From the NCBI RefSeq assembly GCF_964355755.1, contig NC_092671.1, positions 17,856,001-17,920,000 of the forward strand: DNA of 64,000 bases, written 5' to 3'. Below are positions 1 through 46,799 of this stretch, piece by piece; position 1 is the first letter of the stretch, and every line of letters begins with the position of its first letter. This stretch comes from Antedon mediterranea. Its lineage: Eukaryota; Animalia; Echinodermata. The notes beneath the pieces are model-generated. The model made no database searches. It had not been told where the DNA came from and saw nothing but the letters and a program-made list of their open reading frames with translations. The position numbers were made by a program, and so were the translations under genes.

Positions 1-68
1 TTATTGTAAACTTACATAATGCTGTAAATCATGTTTTTTATATATAGATGAAATTCGTTTTTTTATAG

Positions 69-3011
69 TACACTGCAGCCATTCCTGGAAGGTTTGATGC
101 CACATGATAATCCAGCAAACACTAGGTTCTCTATCAATTTCTTTACTACAATTGGACTTGGAGGTCTCACGTAAGTTTAAAAAAAAAATGTACATGTGGT
201 GGAATAACCTGTGACGTTCAGCCTACTGAGCTGAATGGTGCACAGTACAACTAATTTCTCCCCTAAGAGTCCCTTGTGTCAATTGCTGCCACCAAAATGG
301 TCGAAGAGTAAACCTGTGCCAATTGTATAGCTGCATTGCCACTGGACTAACCGCTTGACCACTAATTTGATCTAGATAAATATATCTTGTACATTTATTG
401 TCATTGAATACCAATACCAGCTGTGTTAAATTACGAAATATAAAATTAAAGCCTCATTAATTTGATATTGATTTTATTATTGTTGTTAAAATTATTCAAT
501 TTATAGTGATGACCTTCGTGAGCACTTAAAGCTTCAGCAGAAAAAGATAATGGAGCAGAGGCAGCCTCTAATGAAGAGCGATTCTTCTGACTCTAGTGAT
601 TCAAGTTCTGATGATGACAGTTCGTCATCGGCCTCCTCATCTTCCTCAGGTAAGTCACCTATCATTGTTTGGAGGTGTGGTTCAACAGTGTATAAAATAG
701 GTTTACTCTTTTTTGGGGGGAAAGGTCAACATGATTTACTGTTGTTATTTATTTACCTACTCATTTACTGTTAAAATTATCTAGATTAAATGGGTCAACT
801 AAATCTCCTAAAAAGACTCATATTGATTTTATATTAAAAATAATTTTGCTTGGAAAAGATATACTTTTTGATCTAGATAGTATATATTAGCATAATCTAA
901 TTTTATTTTATGAACCCTAAATTACTATAAATGTATTCTTTTTAACAGAAAGTTCATCAGAATCTGAAGAAGAATCAAGAAAAAGAAAGAAGAAAAAGAC
1001 ACTTCCAAAAGAAGGAAAAAAGGTTTCATCAAAATCCAAAAAAGAGCAAAGAAGTAGTAAAAAGAATAAAAATAAAGAAACTGAAAAAATTAAGAAAGCA
1101 CAATCTAAAACAAAACGAAAAAATAAAACGCCAGTGTCATCATCTTCATCATCTTCTAGTAGTGAATCTGATTCATCATCATCGGAGTCCACACAGGAGG
1201 ACACAAGGACTGAAAGCAGAAAAAGAAAAGAAAGTACTGAAAGAAATTATGGAATTAATGGAAGAGAGAAAGGTTTTAAAAACCATGAACTTAGTAATAA
1301 AAGTGAAAGGAAAGAGATGACAAAAAGAGGTGGAGGAGATAGGTATATTGGAAGGCAAGTAGACAGACCAAGAGAAGAGACAGTTGAAAATGAAAGAAAT
1401 GAGAGAGATGAACGTCGAAGAAGAGAGAGAATTGAACGCAACAGAAATGATAGAGGTGATCAAGAGAGGGAAGTGAGAATTGAGCGTGGCAGGGAAGACA
1501 AATGTGATCGAGGTAGAGATGTAAGAATTGATCATAGAAGAGAAGATAGAGGTGTGCAAGAAAGAGAAGACAGAATTGAACGTGATAAAGGTGAAAGATC
1601 TGATAGAAAGAAAGATGAAAGAGGGAGACGTGGAAAAGGTGAACGAGAGAATGATAGAATTGACCAAGAGAGTAATAGAGAAAGAAGAGTTGAAAGAATT
1701 GAAAAAGGTAAAGAAACAGGCAGAAGAGGAGATTCAGACACTTCTTGGATGGACAAACTAGTCGAAAAAGGAAGAGAAGAAGAGACCAATAGATGGATGG
1801 ATAACATAGTTGAAAAGGGTAAAGAGAATGACAAAAATAGGTGGATGGATGAAATAGTTGAAAAAGGGAGAGATAAAAGAGGTAACCAACAGAGGGATGA
1901 AAGAAATGATAGAAGAATAAGTAGAGGTAAGAATGACAGAAAACGAGAAGAAATGGTTGTTAGTGAAGAGGATGAAAGTAACAGTAGAGGAAAAGATGAG
2001 AGAAACAGCAGAGGAAGAGATGAAAGAAGCAAAAGAGATGAGAGAAACGGCAGAAAAAGAGATGAGAGTAACAGCAGAGGAAGGGACGAGAGAAGCAGTA
2101 GAGGAAGGGACGAGAGAAGCAGCAGAGGCAGTGACGAGAGAGGCAGCAGAGGAAGAGATGAGAGTAACATTAGAGGGAGAGATGAGAGTAACACCAGAGA
2201 AAGAGATACGAGAAACAACAGAGGCAGAGATGAAAGAAGCAAAAAAGGAAGAGATGAGACAAATAGCCGAGAAAGAGTTGAGAGGAACAGCAGAGAAAGA
2301 AATGAAAGATACAATGGAGGGAAAAATGAAAGAAATAGCAGAGATGAGAGCTATAGCAGGACAAGAGACAAGAGAGATGACAGAAATAATATAGGAAGAG
2401 ATTTACCAAACTATGGAGGAAGAGACGAGAGAAACATCAGAGGGAGGGATAAACGAAACTGCAGTGAGATAGACGAAACTATTATCAGAGGTCAAAATGA
2501 AGTTGTTAAAAAAGGGAAAGATGGATGGGTCAATATAGAAAGGGACATTGAAAATGAAATGATTTATAAGACCAGGGATGGCAATAAAGAAGATAAAGAG
2601 AAAATAAACAGAGAGACCAGAAAAAACCACGCAAGGAAGAAACTAAAAGATGAATCAGGCAGTTCAAGTTCGGGCAGTTCAAGTTCGGGCAGTTCAAGTT
2701 CTGGCAGTTCAGATTCAGAGAGTTCAAGTTCAGATAGTTCAGGTTCAGAAAGTTCAGGTTCAGAAAGTTCAGAGTCAGATAGTTCTGGGTCAGACAGTTC
2801 TGAGTCAGACAATTCTGAACCAAATAGTTCCGGATCAGATAGCTCTGAATCCAGTAGTTCTGTGTCAGATCCGAAAACCAGAAAAAGTGCTTACATAGAC
2901 AAGAGAGAACTTAAAAGAACACCAGAAAAAACAGACCACAACACCGATAGACGTAAACAAGATAAATTAGATGAAAGAGAGCGTTTAAAAGCCAGAGGGA
3001 GACGATATTGA
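69..3011 (+). CDS. CWC22: Pre-mRNA splicing factor CWC22, last three coding exons (69-170, 507-649, 949-3011); 5' part lies outside the window
   Basis: Spliced translation [34 protein letters not shown]|DDLREHLK followed by a Ser/Asp tract matches the end of the CWC22 MA3 domain ([23 protein letters not shown]). The GT-AG junctions keep frame into ORF 1134..3011. Confidence 0.93.
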
Positions 3012-3483
3012 ATAACAAGTACAAGTGCATTGGTGCTTTATGATATAAATGTAAGGAATACAAGAGTGAAACTTTCTGTTATTGATGTTTACACCCAAAT
3101 GTAGCTTGTCTATTTTCAGAAACAATTGCGATAGCTCAAGATTAAAAGTCAATGAGAACATGACCAGTAATTATATCAATCTGGTTAGGTGTAAATTGCA
3201 ATTGTACATTATGATTTCATTATAAACTTGATGGTAATAGCTCAACTGTTCTCTTTAGGTAGGAAAATGTCTATACTGCTCATGCTACATTTATCATTGA
3301 GTGGTACCTAACCCTTCATGTTGGCTTGCAAATTAAAATCTGTAAAGGCATGACAAAAAACCAGTACTGTACTTAAAATTGGTCGTATATGTATAAGTGA
3401 TTTACAATTGGAACCTGTTAAGCATGGTAAGATTCATTCTACCCAGACTGAAATATATATTGAATAAAAAAGCTCTCATTTAA

Positions 3484-3962
3484 AGATGTATTGTCCCTTT
3501 GACTAATTCCCCCCAATTTTTTTTAAAAATATTTCGAAAAAAAGTGGGTCATTTTGAAGTATCATAATAGTTATTAACTTTCACCAAAAATTAGTTGGAA
3601 AAAAAATAATGTAACCGAAATACGAACATTTTTTTGTTCAAAAAATAACTGACTTCCAGTAAAAGTTTTTGATCAAACATAACTCATAATGCAACGCGCT
3701 TGTTTGGCTACTCTGTATACATAATCATAAAACTTCCTCGTGATCTGTGTGAAAACACCTTCTTAACCGTGACGAGTTGTAAACAATCCTAATTAGCATC
3801 ATGCATAATGCATACGCGTGGTTTGAAATCTTTGTTTAAATTTGTTGTTTTTGCCTTGAATTTTCGACTTAAAGTGAATAACTTTAATATTACTTTGATA
3901 TGGCCAATTTAAATTTAGAATATTTTTTTTTCATTTTTTGTGTTTAAAGGGACAATACATCT
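3484..3962. mobile_element. Non-autonomous DNA transposon (MITE), TTAA-flanked, Kolobok-like termini
   Basis: Perfect TIR AGATGTATTGTCCC...GGGACAATACATCT with TTAA at 3480-3483 and 3963-3966. The same termini recur at 36130 and 46919. Confidence 0.8.
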
Positions 3963-4164
3963 TTAAGGTAGCGAGTGAAAAAAACAAGCGAAGAAAGTAC
4001 AGTTGCTACTGTACGTACATTCCTTGTTTAAAAACTCTCTTTTAAATCTGATAAATTCGGTAAACACATTACTGGATTTTGAGAGTTGTGCCATTAAACT
4101 GGCAAGTGAAATTTAGCAAACAATTTCACATAGTCGTTGAGTTTAATTTTTTGTCCCACTGGAC

Positions 4165-4595
4165 ATGCCGTTTATTTCACTGATCTTGGTAAACCTGTTC
4201 AAAGTCACTGAGGGTTTGTTTTTGTTAGTGAATATGGTATTACTGGTAACTGTTTATTTTACTGATCTTGGTGAACCTCTTCATAGTGGTTAAGAGTTTT
4301 TTTTTTAGTGCAACTAGACATGATGCCATTAACTATGTTTATTTCACGGATCTTGGTGAACCTCTTCATAGTTGTTAAGGGTGTTTTTTTTTAGTGTAAC
4401 TATACATGCTATTAACTATGTTTATTCACTGATCTTGGTGAACCTCTTCATAGTCGTTAAGGGTGTTTTTTTAGTGCAACTAGACATGATGCCATTAACT
4501 TTGTTTATTCACTGATCTTGGTTAAGGGTCGTCGTTAAGGGTGTTTTTTTTAGTGCAACTAAACATGCCATTAACTTTGTTTATTTCAGTGATTT
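4165..4595. repeat. Degenerate ~80-90 bp tandem repeat, about 5 copies
   Basis: Recurring unit TTTATTTCACTGATCTTGGTGAACCTCTTCATAGT..TTAAGGGTGTTTTTTTAGTGCAACTAGACATG..CCATTAACT. Confidence 0.85.
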
Positions 4596-4987
4596 CTTTA
4601 TAGTTGGCATTTTTTTTTTTATCCAGTTAAGTTTTGCAAAACTGTTCCCATAGTTTTTTTTTTTAACGTTAGTACTCTACATACCTACAGGTACATTTCT
4701 ATATTATGTTTGCATGAAAGGGAATACTGTAAAGTGGTTTCATACTTGTGCAGTATATCAATTCATAATATATCAATATTTGTTCTACGCTATAAATTAT
4801 GTAAAACAATTGTACTGTAAATATTGTTTTTGAATAAAATGATGTTTCCAATTAAAACTATAATTGTAATATCTTTATTTAAAAACAACTACTGTTACAC
4901 TTATAACAGAATTTTTAAGTTCTAGTTTAAATTTAACACAGTTTAGTCAGTAAAATGACATATCATTTCCATCCCAGCTTTAAGCTA

Positions 4988-5372
4988 CATTTACACTAGG
5001 ACGATAACGATCGACGATAAATAGACAAATGTGCATTTTTCATACATAAAACAAAATATAAAAACTTTTCATTCTAGAACTATAGAATAACCATCTATGC
5101 TTCCTTTGATGAAAATGATATTTTCACACGTCCAATCAAATGACGTTATGATTAGTAAGAGCAATAATATCGTGACAATACAACGGTTTTATTGTTTTTA
5201 TTTATCATGACGTCATTTGATTGGAATTTTAAAAACATTATTTTTATCAAAGACAGCATAAATGATTATCCTATAGTTCTAGAACGAAAACCTTTCTAAT
5301 TTATTTTGTTTTATGAAAAAAAAATGCATGTTTATATATTTATCGTCCATCGTTATCGTCCTAGTGTAAATG
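4988..5372. mobile_element. Foldback-type MITE, almost entirely palindromic
   Basis: CATTTACACTAGGACGATAACGAT...ATCGTTATCGTCCTAGTGTAAATG, with imperfect arms continuing inward (TTCTAGAACTATAG/CTATAGTTCTAGAA; CCAATCAAATGACGT/ACGTCATTTGATTGG). Confidence 0.8.
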
Positions 5373-5613
5373 GGCCCTTAAGCTACATTCAGAGTTGTTC
5401 CATCCCGCCTTTAAACTACATTTCACATACACTGTTTAATTCAATTTTCCATTACACATTTAACGACTCCATCTTCCCGTTACATGTGAATGTAGGTGGA
5501 ATCTGTTACTCAGTCTAGTAGTCATAACATTGATGACTGTTAACAGTACGTTACTGCATGATTTATTTGGCTTGCTTAAGCATGTTTATCAAAAACCAAA
5601 TCTTTTAACGCAT

Positions 5614-6501
5614 TCAGGTAGCATATCCTTCTGCTGTTGATTTAACATTATCTCCCAAATAGATTGTGACTTGTTTGTTTGATCCATATAATTCTAAATC
5701 AACTTTTTCAATAAACCATCTGCAAATAAAACAACATTTTTTCTTTATTATACAATATACTGTTGCCAAAGGAGGCTAGTAGTTGAGGTACGTTATTACA
5801 ACATCTTTTGGACAGCTAAATCATGTTTAACACTTCTAAATGTAAAGAGCAAACATACTCCTCTGATGTATCTTTTCTTGAGGACCAACTGTGTACAGTT
5901 CCCGATCGTTTGCTACCTTTAACCGGAATCTGAAGCTAAAACAACAAAGCATCAATAAGAAAATTGTTTTTAATTTTTACTCTCAGGACAGTGATAACTA
6001 TTTTACTGTGTTTTAATTATACAGTCATATCAATAATTGTTGTAATTAATTAACTACAGTTTAAAAGACTAATGTTTTTATACTGTACCTGGGCATTATA
6101 TCCATTCATTGTATTGGCTTTACTACTTAAACTTACAAACTTGCTTCTAAGTGGTTCCCCTAAAACCTCCATTGCACCAGTATGGTTCCTTACTACAGAC
6201 ATTGTTTGCACATAGAATGGAGAACCTGCTATTTTGTCTAGTTATTGTGAATAAGAAAACAGAATTGTAAACTACGTACATCGTCATGACATATACAATT
6301 TACAATATGTTCAAGTGGTGTACGGTGAGTTACAGCGGTGGGCGAGTTAAGTTTAAAGAAAATTCTATGTTAAATAAAATGTATATCCTATTCATATTAT
6401 ATAGACAATGTACCTTGTATTGACTTATAAAAGTATCCTGAGCTTAAAACCGAACCAACAGCACCATATATTGCAATTTTTCCTAGTGTTTGAATCGACA
6501 T
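5614..6501 (-). CDS. COA1: Cytochrome c oxidase assembly factor 1 homolog, 139 aa; exons 6501-6414, 6237-6089, 5935-5859, 5719-5614
   Basis: Manual splicing with GT-AG sites and consistent phases (420 nt) gives MSIQTLGKIAIYGAVGSVLSSGYFYKSIQDKIAGSPFYVQTMSVVRNHTGAMEVLGEPL...AQLQIPVKGSKRSGTVHSWSSR...EWFIEKVDLEL. It has an N-terminal TM segment plus the Coa1 hallmarks LGxP, LxIPVxGSK and WxxxxVxLEL. It is absent from the ORF track because every exon is short. Confidence 0.9.
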
Positions 6502-7670
6502 TCTTTTTTTTTGTTGTTGCTTGTTTTGTTCTTTTCAAGGAAACATACCTAAAATATACCATAAATATAGGATTAAAACGAAAAAATATACCTCCAGTAT
6601 ATAATAATAGTTACGGGCTGCGGAATTTTCTGATTAATAATAGCTGCATAATGAAATTTCCTGATTCGGGCGAACTGACTCTTTTTTGTACCATTAACTA
6701 CCGTGAGTAAACACCTAACCTATACCTCTCCAATAATCATTCGTACGGTACTACTAGGCCTAGTTTAGTACTAGAGAGTCCTTATTATATGAATAATGAT
6801 GGCTACGCTCTCTAGCTTGCCTAGCATTTTGATTGATAATCTGTTACTCATCTTACTTTTTATCCTATTAATAGTGAATCTCCGATTCAGTTTGTAATGT
6901 CACAAATACTACTATTAAAAAACAAAAATAACGAAGTTGTTCGTGCCCCCCGAGAAAGTTTCTCGGTGTTTTGTTTTTATTTTGTAAATGTGTTGGCGCC
7001 GCGGCGCGGTGAGTGTGATTGTCAGTAGTCTTCAACAACGTGTCGTCGAGATGTGGGCAGGAAAAAGTGACGTCTGAGACTACAAGGCTAAGTACCTGAA
7101 AACAATTTAATAAAAAATCAAGTTTTAATCAGGTTTGGTCATATGAAATAAAATTTAAACAAACATAAACAAATATTTTTATATTATATTTTTTAATTGT
7201 TTATAGAATAAGTTATTTTGCCTTAAAATTAGGGTTGAATTATCTAAATATATAAGCTTTTGTCGAGGATGTAGCGTAGCAACATTATAAACGATCGTCG
7301 GTCACACACTTCAGGTAAAAAACAATAAGCCTAGGCCTAGAGTTTTTGTATTATTATTATTATTTTAAAACCGATAACATGTGTAGGTTTCTTAAACAAT
7401 ATATGAATATATACATAATGTTTCAATAACAATATATGAATTATTCTTGGGTTATTTATAATTGCTTTGATACTAGATTTTTTCGAATGTTCAACACAAC
7501 ACAGAAACAAACACCACTGCTGAAGCTCGCTAGGCAAGCGCGCATATAAATAGCAGCAGCCAGATAGCAACCCTGGACCTGTGGCAGGTCTAGGCTGCAA
7601 AAGATTTGGACGACGAATATTTATAAACTAATACTATTGTGTTATTTAAACTGCTGAGTATTATTTCACG
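6502..7670. promoter_or_regulatory. Divergent promoter region between COA1 and DNAH7, with RFX X-box-like motifs
   Basis: Start codons are ~1.17 kb apart and divergent. There is a CpG-rich patch at 6940-7080, and X-box-like sequences GTAGCGTAGCAAC (7271-7283) and GATAGCAAC (7563-7571) lie upstream of a ciliary gene. Confidence 0.5.
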
Positions 7671-42766
<35,096 letters not shown>

Positions 42767-43544
42767 GTTTATTGTAATTAGTTGTATATGCTTATTGATC
42801 AAAGTATGGATGCCTTTGGTTGAAGTAGACGTACAGGTAAATATTTGATACCACCTATCAAGTACCTTTGTATTTGTGTTGCTTTAATTATTCAAATTAA
42901 CTTTGAATTGAATTCTAAGTTGAATTCTATTGCATAATATATATATATATAGATGTATTCTTTATATTTCCTAAGGACAATTTATTTTGATCAGTATTTA
43001 ATAAATACTCCATTTATAGTTTAATATTAGTTTATTGTCTATTATTAATATCTCTTCCAAAAAATGTGTAAATATAAATTAAATTGAATGTACTGTATGT
43101 GTAAAATATTGTTATAAGAGATAATTATAATAAGATCAATTATGATTATTATGTCAAATTTATTTGACAACATACATTTGAAATACTTTAAAAATAATAA
43201 AATTCATACTAGGCTAGGTTCTAGACTGTACTTCGACTTAATATTTGTGAACACATGACGTTTCATACATATAAGACTTGAGCTTGAAAAACAGTTTCAT
43301 ATAACAATTCAGACAAAAATCGAAACACTGATTGATAGACTAACATAAAAAAAATGCCTACTTGGGGCAAATCTAATACATATATATTTTGTAAAATATG
43401 AATATTTCTGGCTGGAAAAAAAAAAATTGTGTTATTATCTTAGGTATACGGTATGATAGATTTCTTTACATAATTACAAGCTTATGTTCAGTCATATTTA
43501 TATTTGCATTGAAATGTATTATGCAAAGTAATCCAATGTTAATG

Positions 43545-43653
43545 CCGTCCAATGTTAATGCCGTCCATTTAGTACCGTCCATTTAGTACCGTCCATTTAG
43601 TACCGTCCATTTAGTACCGTCCATTTAGTACCGTCCATTTAGTACCGTCCATT
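43545..43653. repeat. 14-bp tandem repeat, ~7 copies
   Basis: (CCGTCCATTTAGTA)n, preceded by a variant unit CCGTCCAATGTTAATG. Confidence 0.95.
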
Positions 43654-43939
43654 GTATATACAAAGTTGTATTTAAAGAGTGATACACTAGTTGTAAATTG
43701 AAGCTTGGATTGATTTTTAAAGATGCGATATAATGACGATTTAATTTCTGATTTGCGTGATTTTTATGGGTAAATTTAATAATAATTATAATAAAATAGT
43801 CTATATGAATATATTTAACGAAATAAAGATCCATTTGTGTGGGACATGTAATCTTCTGTCTTTTTCTTTTGTTTAATGAGGCGATGAAACTGTTGCTTGT
43901 GATTGGTCAACTCACTTGCGTTGCGTCCAACACGCTTTC

Positions 43940-44201
43940 TACACCTTGGTGATGAAATATAGGATAAATACTCTGCTGTTTTGAAAATTCAATCAAATGA
44001 CATCATGATCAATAAGAACAATATATTTGTTGCATCGTCATGATCGTATTGATTCTAATAATCATTTTATTAGACTGCACAATGCAGCATAAATGTTTAT
44101 CCTATATTTATAGAATGAGAACGTTTCTAATTTCGTTTGTTTTATGTAAGAAAAATGCATCATTTATCTATCACCGATCATTATTGTCCTAGTATAAATG
44201 G
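43940..44201. mobile_element. Decayed copy of the foldback MITE at 4988-5372
   Basis: CAATCAAATGACATCATGAT...CAGCATAAATGTTTATCCTATA...TTATTGTCCTAGTATAAATGG resembles the right arm of that element. Confidence 0.65.
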
Positions 44202-44393
44202 TCAGTATTTATCCTCCTTTTTAAATTACGTGGTTTGTGGGTTTTACACCTTTTTTGGCCGTACTGTATATTTCTAAACCTTATTTTTTTTTGTCTTTTG
44301 TGAGATTCACTCACTTTTATTTCATTCTTTACATTTGTTACAATAATCTATATCAATTTTGTTTCAGTAGAAAACTATCTCTGCAGCTTAAAG

Positions 44394-45000
44394 TTTTTTT
44401 TGTTTTTCTTATTTTTAGTATTTTACATATATAAAAAGTTAAAGCATTTAAAAAATAGACAAAAGTTATATAAAAATATACATCACATAATACAGGTTCA
44501 CAATTGCCAATACAACATCACAAAATAAAATATACTGTAACTCATCCAGTAAATAAAACTAGTAAGGTAGAAACCATACTAGAATACTAAGTATTGTGTC
44601 GTAATAATATTTTCTCGTGTTTTTAGCCTGTTATTGTTTAACAATTATACATTTTTACATTGCTAAAATAATATTTTTTACTTTTTCCCATTTTTTTATG
44701 CTTTCCTCTCTTTTATACACTATATCACCAGTTTTACAACTCCCTGATATCACATTCCTTTCTGAATAGATTTCCTTGTTTAAAAGATTTCCATAAGTTA
44801 AAATAACTTTTATTTGTAACATCAGCCAGTATCTTTTGTTTATAAACCGTGAAAGCAGCAAATGTATATATAAAATCAGTAAGAATATTTCTTGTTCCAA
44901 TTACCAGATTTTGAAAAGACAATCTCTATTTTTGTCCAAAAACCTTGAATAAATTTACAAGTAAAAAACATATGCTCCTCATCTTGTACCGCTCCACTTT
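44394..45000 (-). mobile_element. 3' fragment of an L1/Tx1-like LINE
   Basis: The minus strand reads SGAVQDEEHMFFTCKFIQGFWTKI, the second half of a CCHC knuckle (ExxxHxFxxC...W). It then frameshifts into ...KKWEKVKNIILAM* and ends in an A-rich tail near 44400. Confidence 0.65.
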
Positions 45001-45489
45001 CTAAACCTTATGTTATTATGAATATTTATGTTAATTTCACAATTTACTATTACTTTTGAATTTGTCATTTTACTTAATCATCAGTAAAGACGGATCAGGT
45101 GCCGTTTTCGGCCACCTCGACTTATATGGACTATACCATTATTATGATAGGGGTGTGGTGTATTATGCTTTATGTATAGAAGGGTGTCTATTGAATGGGA
45201 AGACAATACAATTGTTCTGTTATGTCAGGGAAGAGTTAATTAACTCTTCCCTGGTTATGTAACCTACAGTACAAACTACAAGGAACAATGCAGAACATCA
45301 AAAACTAGCAAGCATGTACTTTTTATAAGCATGTTAATATTATTAGGTACTGTGTTACGGAATGCCAAGATTTTGTAACTAATTACTATAGGCCTATACA
45401 AGTATACTACTATATATAAGTATATATATATAAATCAAAGAGCTGCATAGGCAGGATATAGAAAAAATCAAGATCAAATAAGTTAAAAC

Positions 45490-46254
45490 TGCCTCAATAT
45501 AGATTTATTTTAACGACATGTTTCGGGCATAGCCCATCATCAGGTGAAAAGAATTGTAACAAAGGATAACATATATAAGTCACAAAATTACATAATAAAA
45601 CAAATCAGCCAATCAAAGATGTTAACAAACAAAAGGCATAGTTATAAAGGCACGCCTCCAAAAGCTATGATGTACAAAGCAGGAATGGTTGCTTATAAAG
45701 CAGGAAATTTAAAACAAAGACAAAAGCTTCAAGTGTAAATAATTGTTAATATGTGAATGTCTCTGGCAAAATTAATGTTTAAAGGATCTAAATTGTACAT
45801 TTATGCCGGTAGGGGCAAGAGTGCCAAGCTTTACAATGATTCTTTCTTCTATAATTCTACGAGATGTCTCAGAACCATTACATACTTTAACACCAGAAAT
45901 AGTAATATCTGAAAGGGAATGCTCATTATTACAAAAATGGGTGGCTACAGGTAATCCGGGAGTCTTTAGTTTAATAGACCTTAAATGTTCTACAAACCTA
46001 TCACCTAACCTGCGTTTAGTTTCACCAATATAAAGCATATTACATTTAGTACACGAAATACAATAAACTAGATTTCTAGTGGTGCACGTAATACGATCTG
46101 TGATAACATAATTACCAGAAGGTCCTACTATTTGGTTTGAACATGAAACGTAATTACATGTCGAACATCTATTTCTATTACATTTGAATGTTCCAGTTGA
46201 TTCATTACCTTTGTTTTGTAATTTAGATTTAACATTAATTAATTTAGAAAACAT
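45490..46254 (-). mobile_element. Penelope-like retroelement 3' fragment with GIY-YIG endonuclease
   Basis: ORF 45772..46254: CNRNRCSTC...ITCTTRNLVYCISCTKCNMLYIGETKRRLGDRFVEH...PVATHF...LGTLAPTGIN. No RT domain is retained, and the 3' region carries a hammerhead motif. Confidence 0.9.
45508..45550 (-). ncRNA. Minimal type I hammerhead ribozyme motif (Penelope-associated)
   Basis: The minus strand reads TTTTCAC-CTGATGA-T-GGGC-TAT-GCCC-GAAA-CATGTC-GTTAAAA. It has both conserved core boxes, a 4-bp stem II, a palindromic mini stem III (ACATGT), a GUC cleavage triplet and a stem I with one mismatch. Confidence 0.8.
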
Positions 46255-46389
46255 TAATATATATAAGTATATTTACTTACTATATATAAAACTAAACTAA
46301 ACACTACAGTATGATATACATCAGTCGGAATTAAAACATGTTAAACTACAAAACAACTAAACTAAATATCACAATCGGACGAGCATAAT

Positions 46390-46650
46390 TGAAGATTTAT
46401 TGACATAATTATATGTTTTTTGTTTGTTTTACTGATCACCTGATACATTTACATTTAATGCTAAATGTAAAAAAAATTCAAGATACAGAAACAAAATGGT
46501 AACAGATTCATTGATGTAATTATATGTTTATTTGTTTTACTGATTACCTGATACATTTACATTAAATGTTAAGTGTAAATAAATGAAACGAATGTAGATA
46601 CAGAAACAAAATGGTAAAAGATTCATTGACGACATAATTATGTATTTTTG
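46390..46650. repeat. ~120-bp tandem repeat, ~2.3 copies
   Basis: AGATT(T/C)ATTGA..ATAATTATATGTTT...TTTTACTGAT.ACCTGATACATTTACATT...AGATACAGAAACAAAATGGTAA repeated. Confidence 0.8.
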
Positions 46651-46799
46651 TTTTACGACCATTTATAGTTGGACTTATAACAACGATTATTCTCTGTACC
46701 TTTCTGAGATTATTCGATTTACCGATTATTGTGGCAACAATTTTCTTGAAGAAATAAGGATTAATTTTCGAAAACATTAATCTGTGACAGTATACATTA

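Noticed and set aside
917-2898. Many overlapping Leu/Ser/Phe-rich antisense ORFs and alternative-frame ORFs
   Set aside because: They are shadows of the purine-rich, low-complexity CWC22 exon.
6408-6710. 100-aa + strand ORF
   Set aside because: It lies antisense to COA1 exon 1 and its upstream region and has no recognisable motif.
45772-46254. Stand-alone or domesticated GIY-YIG nuclease gene
   Set aside because: It is a 5'-truncated fragment with no convincing start or exon structure, and it carries Penelope 3' features, so a retroelement remnant is the better explanation.
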